Assembly: GCA_963762685.1 (NCBI GenBank) | Contig: CAVXLV010000006.1 | Span: forward strand, 167,308 to 231,307 | DNA from: an uncultured Verrucomicrobiae bacterium | GTDB lineage: Bacteria; Verrucomicrobiota; Verrucomicrobiia; Chthoniobacterales; UBA10450 | DNA: 64,000 nt | Direction of reading: 5' to 3' | Notes under the pieces: generated by a model | The model's input: the letters and a program-made list of their open reading frames with translations, nothing else | The model's database searches: none | What the model was told of the DNA's origin: nothing | Program-made: the position numbers and the translations under genes | Shown: positions 19,591 through 29,757 of the stretch, one piece after another | Position numbering within the stretch: the stretch's first letter is position 1 | Layout: each line of letters starts with the position of its first letter

Positions 19591-20922
19591 TTAGTGGCTG
19601 CCCGCGGCCGCCGGCACGCTGCCCGCCTTGATCACGGTCATCTCGTTAGGCTGGAGATGCGCTTTAATCGCGGCGTTCACTTCCGCCAGGGTCAGTGCCT
19701 GCACCCGTTTGGGATATTCATCCAGCCAGGTCACGCTGTAGCCGCGGTGGATGGCGTTGAGCAACGCGCTCGCCAGGCCGTCCGTCGTGGCCAGACCTAC
19801 TTTAAACGTCCCGATTAAGTTGGTCTTTACCCGCTCCAGCTCCTTCTCGGTGATGCCATCTTTATACCAGACGTCGAGTTGCTTTTGCGTGGACGCCATT
19901 CCTTTCTCGAGGAGATCCGGGGCGAAGTTGGCCGTGATCTGCCAGGAGCCGTCCGTGAACGAGTCGTTAGAAATGCCGGCGCCGATGCCGTAGGTCAGGC
20001 CTTCTTTGTCCCGCACATTGGCCATGAGACGGCCGGTAAAGCCCGAGCCCAAAACCGCCGTTCCCACGCGGAGCGCCAGCGCATCCTGGTCGGCGTAGCG
20101 CAGGCCGTCCGCTTGGCCCATCACCACGGTCACGTTCGGCTTCTCCGCCATCTGCACAGTTTGCGCGCGAGTCTTCGGCACGGGCTCCGCCCGGAGAAGT
20201 TCGGGCACGGCTTTGCCGCCGGTCCAGCCCTCAAAAGCCTTCGCCAGATCGCTTTTCAACGCCACCAGATCGAAGTCGCCCACCACCACGAGCGTGGATT
20301 TGGCGGGGCCGTAATAGTTGGCGTGAAACGTTTTCGCATCAGACAGGTCAGCCGCTTCGATCGCCGCCATGAACTCCTTCACGGGCGGCGAATAATTCGG
20401 ATGCCCCGGCGGATAAACCGCCTCGGCGAAGGCCTGGGTGGCGCGATAGCTCGTGCTTTCCTGCGCACGCTGCAGGTCGCCTAAAAGCTGCTTCTTCAGT
20501 TTCGCAAATTCTTCCGCCGCAAAAGCGGGCGTGCGAATTTGTTCAGCGAGCAGCGCAATGACGGTCGGGAGATCCTTTCGCAGACATTTCCCGCGGAACT
20601 CAACCATGACGCCGTCCACGGAGAAAGCGATGCGCGCGCCGATGTCATCGAGCTTTTGCGCGATCGCGAACTTATCCTGCTTTGTCGTTCCCTTATCCAG
20701 CATCTCGCCCACGAGCGTGGGGATCGCGATGTTATTCGAAGGAGCAAAACTATCGCCCGCTGGGAGCGAACCGCGGAACGTGACCACATCCTGCACATCA
20801 GTTTTGCAGGCAATGAGGTCGAAGCCGGCGATTTGTGAACGATCGACCTTGGCGGCGATTTGCGCCGAGACGCTGGCAGCCGTCGCGAGGAACAGGAGAG
20901 CGAAGAAAGAAATGGATTTCAT
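19591..20922 (-). CDS. M16 family peptidase-like protein (non-catalytic/partner subunit), secreted
   Basis: 443 aa with signal peptide MKSISFFALLFLATAASVSA. It has the two-domain insulinase fold but lacks an HxxEH motif. It sits 28 nt downstream of the catalytic M16 gene. Confidence 0.75.
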   Translation of the reverse strand: MKSISFFALLFLATAASVSAQIAAKVDRSQIAGFDLIACKTDVQDVVTFRGSLPAGDSFAPSNNIAIPTLVGEMLDKGTTKQDKFAIAQKLDDIGARIAFSVDGVMVEFRGKCLRKDLPTVIALLAEQIRTPAFAAEEFAKLKKQLLGDLQRAQESTSYRATQAFAEAVYPPGHPNYSPPVKEFMAAIEAADLSDAKTFHANYYGPAKSTLVVVGDFDLVALKSDLAKAFEGWTGGKAVPELLRAEPVPKTRAQTVQMAEKPNVTVVMGQADGLRYADQDALALRVGTAVLGSGFTGRLMANVRDKEGLTYGIGAGISNDSFTDGSWQITANFAPDLLEKGMASTQKQLDVWYKDGITEKELERVKTNLIGTFKVGLATTDGLASALLNAIHRGYSVTWLDEYPKRVQALTLAEVNAAIKAHLQPNEMTVIKAGSVPAAAGSH

Positions 20923-20949
20923 GGCTTTGATCAGAGGGCTTTCGAATCT

Positions 20950-22406
20950 TTAAGGAATGGGCGGGACCGGGATGGGGGATGGGGAGGGCGAGGCTTCCCC
21001 TTCTTCTTTCTCCGCCTGGGCCGCGGCAGCGGGCGGCGGCGCGGCTGTGTTGGGGATGAACCAACCCGTCGTCCGTTTTTCCTCCACGAGGTATTTGTTG
21101 GCGACGCGTTTTACGTCTTCCGCTTTCACCTTCTTGAGCGCGTCGTCTCCGTTGACGTAGAGCGTCCAATCGCCCGCCGCGATGAATTCGTTCAGCTTGC
21201 TGGCGATCGCGAAGGAGCCATCGCGCGCATAGGAAGAAGCGGCCACCATCCGCGCGACCGCAGCTGACACTTCGGCATCGGTGACGCCTTCTTTTTTCAC
21301 GCGTTCCAACTCATCCAGCACGATCTTTTCGACCTGCTCATGAGTGCTGCCGGGAGCGAGACTGGCGTAGAGAATATACAGCGAAGGGTCGTGGAAAAAT
21401 CCCACATCGCCCGTCACGTCGGTGGTGAGATTTTTGTCGGTTAAACGCGCGATACGCGCGGCTGTTTTTTCCATCAGTCAGGATCACATCGAGCACGCGC
21501 AAGGCTGCCTGATCCTTGTTCACTGCTTCCGGAATCTTGTGCGCAAGCGCGAGCACGCCCAGCTCGCCCGCGCGTTTCACAGTTCACGCGACGCGGTCCG
21601 GTTTGCTCCGGCTCTTCCGTGTAAACCACCGGAATCGGTTTCGGCGCCTTCGGGATCGCTCCGTAGTTTTTCTTGATCAATTCCAGCGCCTTCGCCGGCT
21701 CGAAATCGCCGATGACCGAAACGGTGGCGTTATCCGGCCAGTAAAACGTGTCGTAAAATTCGCGCAGCTTTTCGATCGGCACTTTCTCGATGTCGCTCCG
21801 CCATCCGATGGTGGAGTGATGGTAGGGATGGGCCATGAACGCGGTCGCGTAAATTTCCTTCTCCATCGCCTGCGTCGGATCGTTTTCGCCGATCTCAAAC
21901 TCGTTCCGCACCACCGTCATTTCCGGTTTCCGATCCTCTTCGCGCAGCCAGAGATTGCGCATCCGATCGGCCTCGATCGCCATGTAGCCGTCCAGGTTTT
22001 CGCTCCCAATGTTCGCGTAGTAGTTGGTGCGATCCAGCCAGGTGGTGGCGTTGTAGATTCCGCCCACGCGTTCCAGGAGCTGATCGACGCTCGTGCCTTT
22101 TTCGCGATTGAACTTGGGCGTGCCCTTAAACATCAGATGCTCGAGCAAATGCGTCGCGCCGGTCGTGCCGGTGACCTCGTTTCGCGAACCGACCCGGTAG
22201 GTGACCATGAAGGTCAGCGTCGGGCTCGAATGTTCCTCGAGGAGCAAAACCTGCAGGCCGTTTTTATCCAGCGTGTATTCGGAAATCGGGCCCACCGTTT
22301 TCACGAAGGTAAAGCCGGCAACCTTGGCCGGCGTAGGAGGTTCCGCGGCCAGCGCGGCGGAGCTGACGGCAATGAGAGAGGCGAACAGGAGAAGTCGAAC
22401 TTTCAT
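20950..22406 (-). pseudogene. M16 (pitrilysin/insulinase) family zinc peptidase, two +1 frameshifts
   Basis: The signal peptide MKVRLLLFASLIAVSSAALA starts at 22406. The zinc motif GATHLLEHLMFKGT (HxxEH) and NATTWLDRTNY are present. The protein continues through three frames: 21474..22442, then 21338..21580 (VKRAGELGVLALAHKIPEA..), then 20950..21474 (DKNLTTDVTGDVGFFHDPS..). The joins are near 21581-21585 and at the 21443-21445 run. The 20950..22442 span is 3n+2. Confidence 0.8.
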
Positions 22407-22508
22407 GATTGGGAAGGCTAAGGGAGAGCCGATGGCGGACATTGTCCATCGGAAGAAAGCCGCCTGCGCGAAGGAGGCGGGGCCGAGCGGGGCGGCCGTG
22501 AGAAGGGC

Positions 22509-23490
22509 TTAGGCGTGCCCGGCTTGCACGATTTGATTGAAGCGAAAGCCGTCGATGTCGGTTTTGATCTGAATCCAGACCGGGAAGTGATCGGACATCT
22601 GATAAGTGAACTTCTGCCGGGTGTAATTCTTCCCCGGGAAGAGCTCTTCGATGTGCGCGTCGTCGATGAAAAAATCGAGCGCCCCGCCGTGATTGGTGAA
22701 GTTTTTTGGAACGGTGGCGCGGTGCAGGATCTGATCGTAACGCGCATCGAGCGTCAGGTTGGTGCCTTTGATCACGCGATCGCCGACCTTCAACTCCACC
22801 AGCGGGGTGGGAATTTTCAAGCCGCGGCTGGCGAGCGCGGCGAAGAGTTTGTCGGTTAATTTCGGGGTATTAAAATCGCCCATCACCAGCAGATCGGTGT
22901 CCTCCACATACTTGCTTTGGAAGCGGGTATCGATCCAATCGGCCAGCAGCTTCAATTCGGCTTCGCGGCCTTTCGCGGTGCCCCAGCGCGCATGCGCGGC
23001 GATGGCGAGGAAATCGAAATTTCCGGAACGAAACGAGCAGAGATAGGGCGCGCGCCAGAACGAGCCGGTGGCGAGATATTCTGTGCCCTTTCTTCACCCG
23101 TGGGACATCGAGCTCCGCGGCGAGGCCATTAAAGGTGACGGCGCGGCGATCGAAAAGGAAAGCGGTCCGCTCGTTATTCCCGCCATCATCCGGCACCCAA
23201 TCGGAATAAACCACCCGCCAGCTCGGGCCCAGATACGGCAGCACGCGGCTGAGATCCTCCAGGTTATCGCGCAGCTCGATTAAGGCGATGAGATCGAATT
23301 GCCCGAGAATCTCCGCGATGTAATGGATCGCCGCCTCGGTCCGTCGCACTTTGCCAAACTCACGAATGTTCCAGACGGCGATGTTGATCGACTCGTCCAG
23401 TTTCGACGCGGGAATCTTGCACGCGGCAATGCGCTCGCGCAGGACGAGTAATCCTGCTGCGATCTCGGGGGTAATCTTTCCGTGGTGCAT
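22509..23490 (-). pseudogene. endonuclease/exonuclease/phosphatase (EEP, DNase I-like) family protein, one +1 frameshift
   Basis: N-terminal piece: INIAVWNIREFG, DLIALIELRD, ERTAFLFD. C-terminal piece: FDFLAIAAHARWG, LLVMGDFNTP, SDHFPVWIQI. The join lies in the ccc/ttt runs at 23086-23091. The span is 982 nt, which is 3n+1. Confidence 0.75.
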
Positions 23491-23573
23491 GCCGGAAGTT
23501 CCTGTAGCGAACCAATCCGATCGAAGCAGAAAGCGGCGGATGCGACAAAGCCAATCTTCGCTACCCTCACCGC

Positions 23574-24296
23574 GTGACCATTGAGAGCCCGCACGTTTTT
23601 GTTACCGGCACCACTCGCGGGATTGGTGCGGCCATTTTGGAGCAGTTGCAGCAGCAAGAGGCGCGCGTGGTCGGCCATGGGACGAGCGAGAACGGGCCCG
23701 CGCAGATCGGCGCGGACTTGGCGCGGCCGGGCGCAGCGGAAGAACTTTGGCGCGAAGCTTTGGAGCGGCTCGAAGGTCGGGTGGATGTGCTGATTAATAA
23801 CGCCGGCGTCTATCAGCCGGTGTCGATTGGAGAGAGTTCGGAGGCGTGGAGCGCCGCCTGGCAACGCACACTCCAGATTAATCTTCAGGCCGCGGCCGAT
23901 CTTTGTCGGCTGGCGGTTTCGCACTTTCGTGCGCGCGGCGGCGGTGGCCGGATTGTGAACGTGGCCAGCCGCGCTGCTTATCGGGGCGATTCGCCGGAGC
24001 ACTGGCATTACGCCGCCGCCAAGGCTGGTTTGGTGGCAATAACGAAAACCATCGCGCGAGGTTTTGCCGCGGAAGGGATTCACGCCTTCGCCGTCGCGCC
24101 AGGGTTTACCATGACGGGCATGGCGGAGGAGTATATGGCCAAACGCGGCGGCGAAAAATTGCTCGCCGATATTCCGTTGCACCGCGTGAATGAGCCCAGC
24201 GAAGTCGCCAATGTGGTGGTCTATCTTGCGCTGCAAGCGCCGGCCGCGATGACTGGTGCGGTCCTCGACATCAACGGCGCGAGCTACGTCCGCTAA
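23574..24296 (+). CDS. SDR family oxidoreductase
   Basis: 240 aa: VFVTGTTRGIGAAI, NNAGV, YAAAKAG. It is divergent from the EEP gene. Confidence 0.8.
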   Translation: MTIESPHVFVTGTTRGIGAAILEQLQQQEARVVGHGTSENGPAQIGADLARPGAAEELWREALERLEGRVDVLINNAGVYQPVSIGESSEAWSAAWQRTLQINLQAAADLCRLAVSHFRARGGGGRIVNVASRAAYRGDSPEHWHYAAAKAGLVAITKTIARGFAAEGIHAFAVAPGFTMTGMAEEYMAKRGGEKLLADIPLHRVNEPSEVANVVVYLALQAPAAMTGAVLDINGASYVR

Positions 24297-24311
24297 CGAG
24301 TCGCGCGGAGC

Positions 24312-26207
24312 TCAAACTTCCAGGCGCGCGCCCAATTCCACCACGCCGTTTGGCGGCAAGCCGTAATAGGATGTCGCGTCGCTCGTGTTGCGTGTCATCC
24401 AGGCGAAAATCGATCCGCGCCAATTCGAAAGACCTGTGCGCTGCGTCGAGAGAATCGTCTCGCGCCCGACGAAGTAGGTCGTGCTCATGGGCTTGAAAGC
24501 GAACGCGGGATCTGAAAGCGTGGCCAGCGCCGCGGGCACGTCCGGACGCTCCATAAAGCCGTAGCGAACCTGCGCGCGCCAGAGCCCTTCGCCGCTGAGT
24601 TTTTCCAGGGTGACGCGTTCAGCACCCGCGTCCAGATACGGGTTTTCTTCGGTGAGCACGGTCAGGATGACCACCTTCTCGTGCAGCACTTTGTTGTGCT
24701 TCAGATTGTGCAAGAGAGACAGCGGTGTCCCGCGAGGATTTCCCGACATGAAGACCGCGGTCCCAGGCACGCGCCGCACTTCGTGCGCAGTCAGGTTGGC
24801 CATGAACTCCTCCAGCGGCACCGTCATTTCTCGCAAGCGTTCGCCGAGCACTTTGCGGCCCTTTCGCCAGGTCAACATGAGGAAGAGAATCAGCCCGGAA
24901 ACCAGGAGCGGGAACCAGCCGCCGTGGGCGATTTTGAGGATGTTCGCACCGAAGAAAAGGAGATCGATGATCACGAACAATGCGGCCACGGGCAGCGCGG
25001 CCCACATCGGCCAATTCCAGCGGCGGCGTGCCACGACATAGAAGAGAATCGTGGTAATCAGCATCGTGGTCGCGATCGCCACGCCGTACGCGGCTGCGAG
25101 ATGTGTGGACGAGCCAAAGCCCACCACCAGGCCGATGCAGCAGATCATAAGGCCCCAATTTACCACCGGCACATAGACCTGGCCGATGATGTGTTCGGAA
25201 GTGTATTGAACGCGCAAACGCGGAGAGTAGCCCAGTTGGATGGCCTGCATGGTGAGCGAGAACGCGCCACTGATGATCGCCTGCGAAGCGATCACAGCCG
25301 CTACCGTGGAGAGCAAGACCAGCGGCCAAAGCGCCCACGCCGGCGCCATCCGGAAGAAGGGGTTCACGGCGGCTTCCGGCTCTGCGAGGAGAAGCGCGCC
25401 TTGCCCGAAGTAGTTCAAAACCAAGGCAGGCAGCACCACGCAAAACCACGTCCAACGAATGGGCGCGGTGCCGAAATGACCGAGATCGGCATAGAGCGCT
25501 TCTCCGCCCGTCACCACGAGAAAGACGGCTCCTAAAACTACGAAACCAGTCAGCCCATTGCGCATGAAAAATTCGCAGCCATGCCACGGGTTCACGGCAG
25601 CGAGCACACCGGGCACGCTCCAGATATGGCTCACCCCCATCGCGGCGAGCACGAAAAACCAAAGCAGCGTGATCGGTCCAAAAATGCGCCCCACCTTGGT
25701 GGTCCCACCGGATTGCAAAAGGAACACGCCGACGAGAACGACCACCGAAATAGGGACGACGTACGAGTCCAGGCTCGGAGTCATCACATGCAGACCTTCG
25801 ATCGCGCCCATCACCGTGATTGCCGGCGTGATCATCCCATCGGCATAGAGCAGCGCCGCGCCGAAGAGCCCGAGCAGAAAAAGCCCTTTGCCCCGCTCCG
25901 TTAAGGCCGAGCCCAAGGCAGCCAAAGCCAGGATCCCGCCTTCGCCGCGATTGTCGGCCCGCAGGATGAGGATGAGGTATTTGATCGAGATGACCAGGAG
26001 GAGCGACCAAAGGATGAGCGACAGGACGCCGAGAATATTTGCTGGCGTGGGTGGAAGCGAGTGCGCGCCCTCGAAACACTCCCGCATCGCATAGAGCGGG
26101 CTGGTGCCGATGTCGCCAAAGACAATCCCGAGGCTGGCGAGCGAGAGGACCACCAGTCGGCGCCGGCTCGGCGGAGCGGTGGAAGAAGAGGCCTCTCGAT
26201 GTCCCAT
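24312..26207 (-). CDS. kup: KUP/HAK/KT family potassium transporter
   Basis: Hallmark LGIVFGDIGTSPLYAMRECF, 12 TM segments, and a cytosolic C-terminal domain. The realistic start is the ATG at 26207 (MGHREASS..), preceded by GGAGGTG. The ORF-track start at 26345 is probably too far upstream. Confidence 0.9.
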   Translation of the reverse strand: MGHREASSSTAPPSRRRLVVLSLASLGIVFGDIGTSPLYAMRECFEGAHSLPPTPANILGVLSLILWSLLLVISIKYLILILRADNRGEGGILALAALGSALTERGKGLFLLGLFGAALLYADGMITPAITVMGAIEGLHVMTPSLDSYVVPISVVVLVGVFLLQSGGTTKVGRIFGPITLLWFFVLAAMGVSHIWSVPGVLAAVNPWHGCEFFMRNGLTGFVVLGAVFLVVTGGEALYADLGHFGTAPIRWTWFCVVLPALVLNYFGQGALLLAEPEAAVNPFFRMAPAWALWPLVLLSTVAAVIASQAIISGAFSLTMQAIQLGYSPRLRVQYTSEHIIGQVYVPVVNWGLMICCIGLVVGFGSSTHLAAAYGVAIATTMLITTILFYVVARRRWNWPMWAALPVAALFVIIDLLFFGANILKIAHGGWFPLLVSGLILFLMLTWRKGRKVLGERLREMTVPLEEFMANLTAHEVRRVPGTAVFMSGNPRGTPLSLLHNLKHNKVLHEKVVILTVLTEENPYLDAGAERVTLEKLSGEGLWRAQVRYGFMERPDVPAALATLSDPAFAFKPMSTTYFVGRETILSTQRTGLSNWRGSIFAWMTRNTSDATSYYGLPPNGVVELGARLEV

Positions 26208-26351
26208 CACCTCCGCCTTACGGAGAAGGTGAGGGGAGCGCGAGTTATATAATTGCGGCCAGAAAAATTCTTCTGCGTCTTTGGGCACAGGATTTGTTCC
26301 GGTCTGTTTATGCCGCAGCGCGCGTTCGCGTCGAGTGGTGCGCACCGCAAA

Positions 26352-26381
26352 GCTGATTACCTTGGGCGGTGCTCGTAATCA
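26352..26381. promoter_or_regulatory. perfect 8-bp inverted repeat CTGATTAC-N14-GTAATCAG in the kup / EPS-synthase divergent region
   Basis: The AT-rich arms at 26352-26359 and 26374-26381 stand out in GC-rich DNA. The element ends 26 nt upstream of the synthase ATG at 26407. It could be an operator or a 5'-UTR hairpin. Confidence 0.3.
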
Positions 26382-26406
26382 GTTCTCGCGTGGAACTCTC
26401 CTGAAG

Positions 26407-29400
26407 ATGTCCCGGCCGAGCTTTGTCTTCCTCGATCCGAGTGGTCGGCGCTGGCCGATCTTCCGCCGCCTCGCGCTGGCCGTGAGTATCATTGCCGGTG
26501 TCGGTTTGGTTCTGTTTGTGGCGGCGGTGTGGATTCGACCAGCGGTGCGGCTGCCCGCCTTCTCGCGCGAGTTACGCAGCCGCCTGAAACCAAACCGGCT
26601 GGCCCTGACGCCGGATCGGAAGGCGCAAGACTGGCAACGCTACAGCGCGCGGGCGCGGGATTTGTTGCAGCATCCCATATCAGCTCCGGCGAAGGTCGGG
26701 CCGCCGTCTCGCAAATTGCCGGTGCGGTTGGCGTTCTTTCCAAATCAAGACGCAAACGCCACTCGATCATTGCGCGAACACGCGGAGCGGCTCACCCATG
26801 TCGCGCCAGATTGGCTGACCGTTTCCGGGGTGGAAAGCGAACTCGCAGTGGAGTCTGATCCGGATTTGAGCGGCTTTCTGTCGCGAGCACGCGCTCTCCG
26901 TAATCCCGATTCTGCGCAACCTGAAAGGCGACGTTTGGCAGCCGGAAGCGGTGGAGGAATTGGCCCGCGCTCCCGTGGACCGGCAACGCGCCTGGGCGGG
27001 AACATTGGCGGAGAAACTGCATTCGTTAGGCGCAGCTGGCGTCTTGCTGGATTTCAATCAGCTCGACCCCAATTTGCAGGCGCAGTTCACCACGCTTTTT
27101 GCGCACATGAGTGAAGTGCTGCGCGCGCACGGGCTGGAATTGTGGGTGGCGGTCTCGATGGACGACGAGTTCGAGAGTTACGATCTCAACGCGCTGGCGC
27201 CGGTGGTGGATCGCTTCGTCGGTCGAATTCTTCGACGAGCACGCGGAAGGCGACGAGCCGGGCCCGATCGCCTCGCAACCCTGGGTGGAAGGCTGGCTGG
27301 AAGTGGCCGCGGATATCGGGACGCCGGAGCAATGGGTCATCGCTCTGGGCGCGCAAGCTTACGATTGGAACACGACGCGCAACCAGACGGAGGCGCTCAG
27401 TTTTCGCGACGCGATGAGCCGCGCCAGTTATGCGGGCGCGGACGTGGCCGGCGAGGTCAACGTGATGGCGCCGGATTACAACGGGCATTTCGGCTACGAA
27501 GAATCGCTCGGCCAGCACGAGGTCTGGTTTCTCGACGCGGTGACCTTGCAAAATCAAATGCGCGCAGCGGCGAAATGGGGCTTCCGCGATTTCGGCGTTT
27601 ACTTCCTCGGCGCGGAGGATCCGGCGATCTGGCAGGTGCTGGCCCGGGCCGAGACGGCGCCTAACGATGGGTTCCTTAAATCGCTGGAGCCTTTACCGGT
27701 AGACGACACCGTGACCCATGTGGGGCGCGGCGAGATCGTGAGCGCGGATTTGAGCCGGGACGCGGGTGCGCGTTCCATCCAGCGGGAGGGCGACGGGCAG
27801 CTGAGCGCGAAATATTCCAATGCGCCCAACTTCCCTGTGCTCTTTCACGATAGCGCGGCGGACGAACACAAAGTGGCGCTCACTTTTGATGACGGTCCCG
27901 ATCCGACCTGGACGCCGCGCGTGCTTGACCTGCTCAAGGAGCGCGGTGTGAAGGCGGCCTTTTTCGTCATTGGCCGCAATGCTGAGCATTACCCGAACCT
28001 GGTCAAACGTATGGTCGCGGAGGGGCACGAAATCGGGAACCACACCTACTCGCATGGCAATCTGGCGGAGATGGCGGAATGGCGTTGGCGCCTGGAGCTG
28101 GATTCGACCGAGCGGTTGATCGAGACCATCACCGGATATTCCACCGCGCTTTTCCGCCCGCCCTATAACGCGGATTCGACGCCGACAGACGTGAGCTGAA
28201 CTGGCGCCGCTCCACTTCGCCGAACATGAACTGGGTTACCTCATCGTGCTCGAAACGATCGATCCGCAGGATTGGGCGCGGCCGGGAGCGGACGCGATCG
28301 TCCAGCGCGTGAAGGAGCAGCGCAGCAAGGGGAACATCATTCTCCTGCACGATGCCGGGGGCGATCGCTCGCAGACCCTGGCTGCGCTGCCGCGGATTCT
28401 CGATTGGCTGGAGGAGCGCGGCGATCGGGTGGTTTCGCTCAGCGAGCTGCTCGGCATCCCGCGCTCCGATCTTATGCCGCGAGTGTCGGCTAACGAGCAG
28501 TTCGGCTGGCGGAGTGTGGCCACGATCGGATTTCGCAGCTGGCATTGGCTGGTGGAATTTTTCTGGTCGTTCATGATTTTCGCCACCGTGCTGGTGGTGC
28601 TGCGGACGCTGCTGATTTGCGGGTTGGCGTTGCGGCAACGACGGGCCGAAAAGCGCCGCGCGCCCGTCGCGTTGGCGCACTGGCCGGGAGTGAGCGTCCT
28701 CATTGCCGCCTACAACGAAGAGCGAGTCATCGCGCGCACGGTGCGCGCAGTTTTGGAGAGCGATTACCGCGGGGAACTCGAAGTGGTGGTAGTGGACGAT
28801 GGGTCCAGCGATCGCACCGCCGAGGAAGTAAGACGGCTCGCCGCGGGCGACGAGCGCCTGCGATTATTGCAGCAGGTCAACGCTGGCAAGCCCGCGGCAC
28901 TGCATCGCGCACTGGACGCCACCCAGCATGAGGTGGTGGTGTTTCTCGATGGCGACACGCTTCTTTGCGCCAGAGACGATTCGGAAACTTGCGGAAGAAT
29001 TGGTCGATCCCGCGGTCACCGCCGTCTCCGGGAATGCGCGCGTCGGCAATCGCGTGAACTTCGTCACGCGCTGCCAATCACTCGAGTATCTCTGCGGGTT
29101 TAACCTCGATCGGCGCGCTTACACGCAATGGAATTGCGTCACGGTGGTGCCGGGCGCGGTGAGCGCCTTTCGCCGCGCGGCGTCTGGCGGAAGCGGGCGG
29201 TTTTTCCCACGACACCCTCGCGGAGGACACGGATCTCACCCTCACGATGCATCGTCTCGGTCATCGCGTGGCCTACGCGCCGGAAGCAATCGCCTGGACG
29301 GAAGCGCCGGAAACGTGGCGCTCGTTAGGCCGGCAGCGGGTGCGCTGGGCTTTCGGCACCATGCAGTGTCTCTGGAAACACCGCGACCTCACCTTCAATC

Positions 29401-29757
29401 CGCGTTTTGGCGCGCTCGGGTTTTTCGCGCTGCCGAGCATCTGGTTCTTTCACATCCTGCTGGTGGCGATCACGCCGCTGGCGGACGCGATCTTACTGTG
29501 GTCGATCCTTGCCGGATACGCGGCGGCGCTTGGGAAAATATTTCGCGCTCTTTCTTTTGCTCGATCTGGCCTTGGCGTTGCTGGCGTGTGCGCTCGAGAA
29601 AGCGCCGCTCCGACGTGCGCTGTTAATTCTTCCCATGCGCTTCGTGTATCGCTGGTTGCTCGCTTGGGTGGTGTGGAAATCCCTGCTCCGGGCGTTGCGC
29701 GGTGCGCTGGTTGGTTGGGGGAAACTGGAGCGCACCGGGACGGTGCGAACGGCATGA
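26407..29757 (+). pseudogene. multidomain exopolysaccharide synthase: TM anchor + GH18-like domain + NodB polysaccharide deacetylase + processive family-2 glycosyltransferase (PgaC/chitin-synthase-like), six +1 frameshifts
   Basis: One protein is reconstructed from ORFs 26281.., 26951.., 27111.., 28246.., 28928.., 29247.. and 29407... Each successive ORF is in the next +1 frame (start coordinate mod 3 runs 1,2,0,1,2,0,1). GH18-like blocks: AAGVLLDFNQLD, VEFFDEHAEGDEPGPIASQPW. NodB blocks: ALTFDDGPDPTWTPRVLDLL, HEIGNHTYSH, LFRPPYN, IILLHD. GT2 blocks: VSVLIAAYNEERVI, VVVVDDGSSDRT, FLDGDT, AEDTDLT, QRVRWAFG (QxxRW), followed by C-terminal TM helices. The stop TGA at 29755-29757 overlaps the next ATG. 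Confidence 0.8.

Noticed and set aside
26208-26345. A c-di-AMP (ydaO-type) or other riboswitch in the kup leader.
   Set aside because: I cannot recognise the conserved ydaO pseudo-symmetric helices or ACGR motifs by eye. The only notable structure is the simple dyad reported above. A covariance-model search would be needed.
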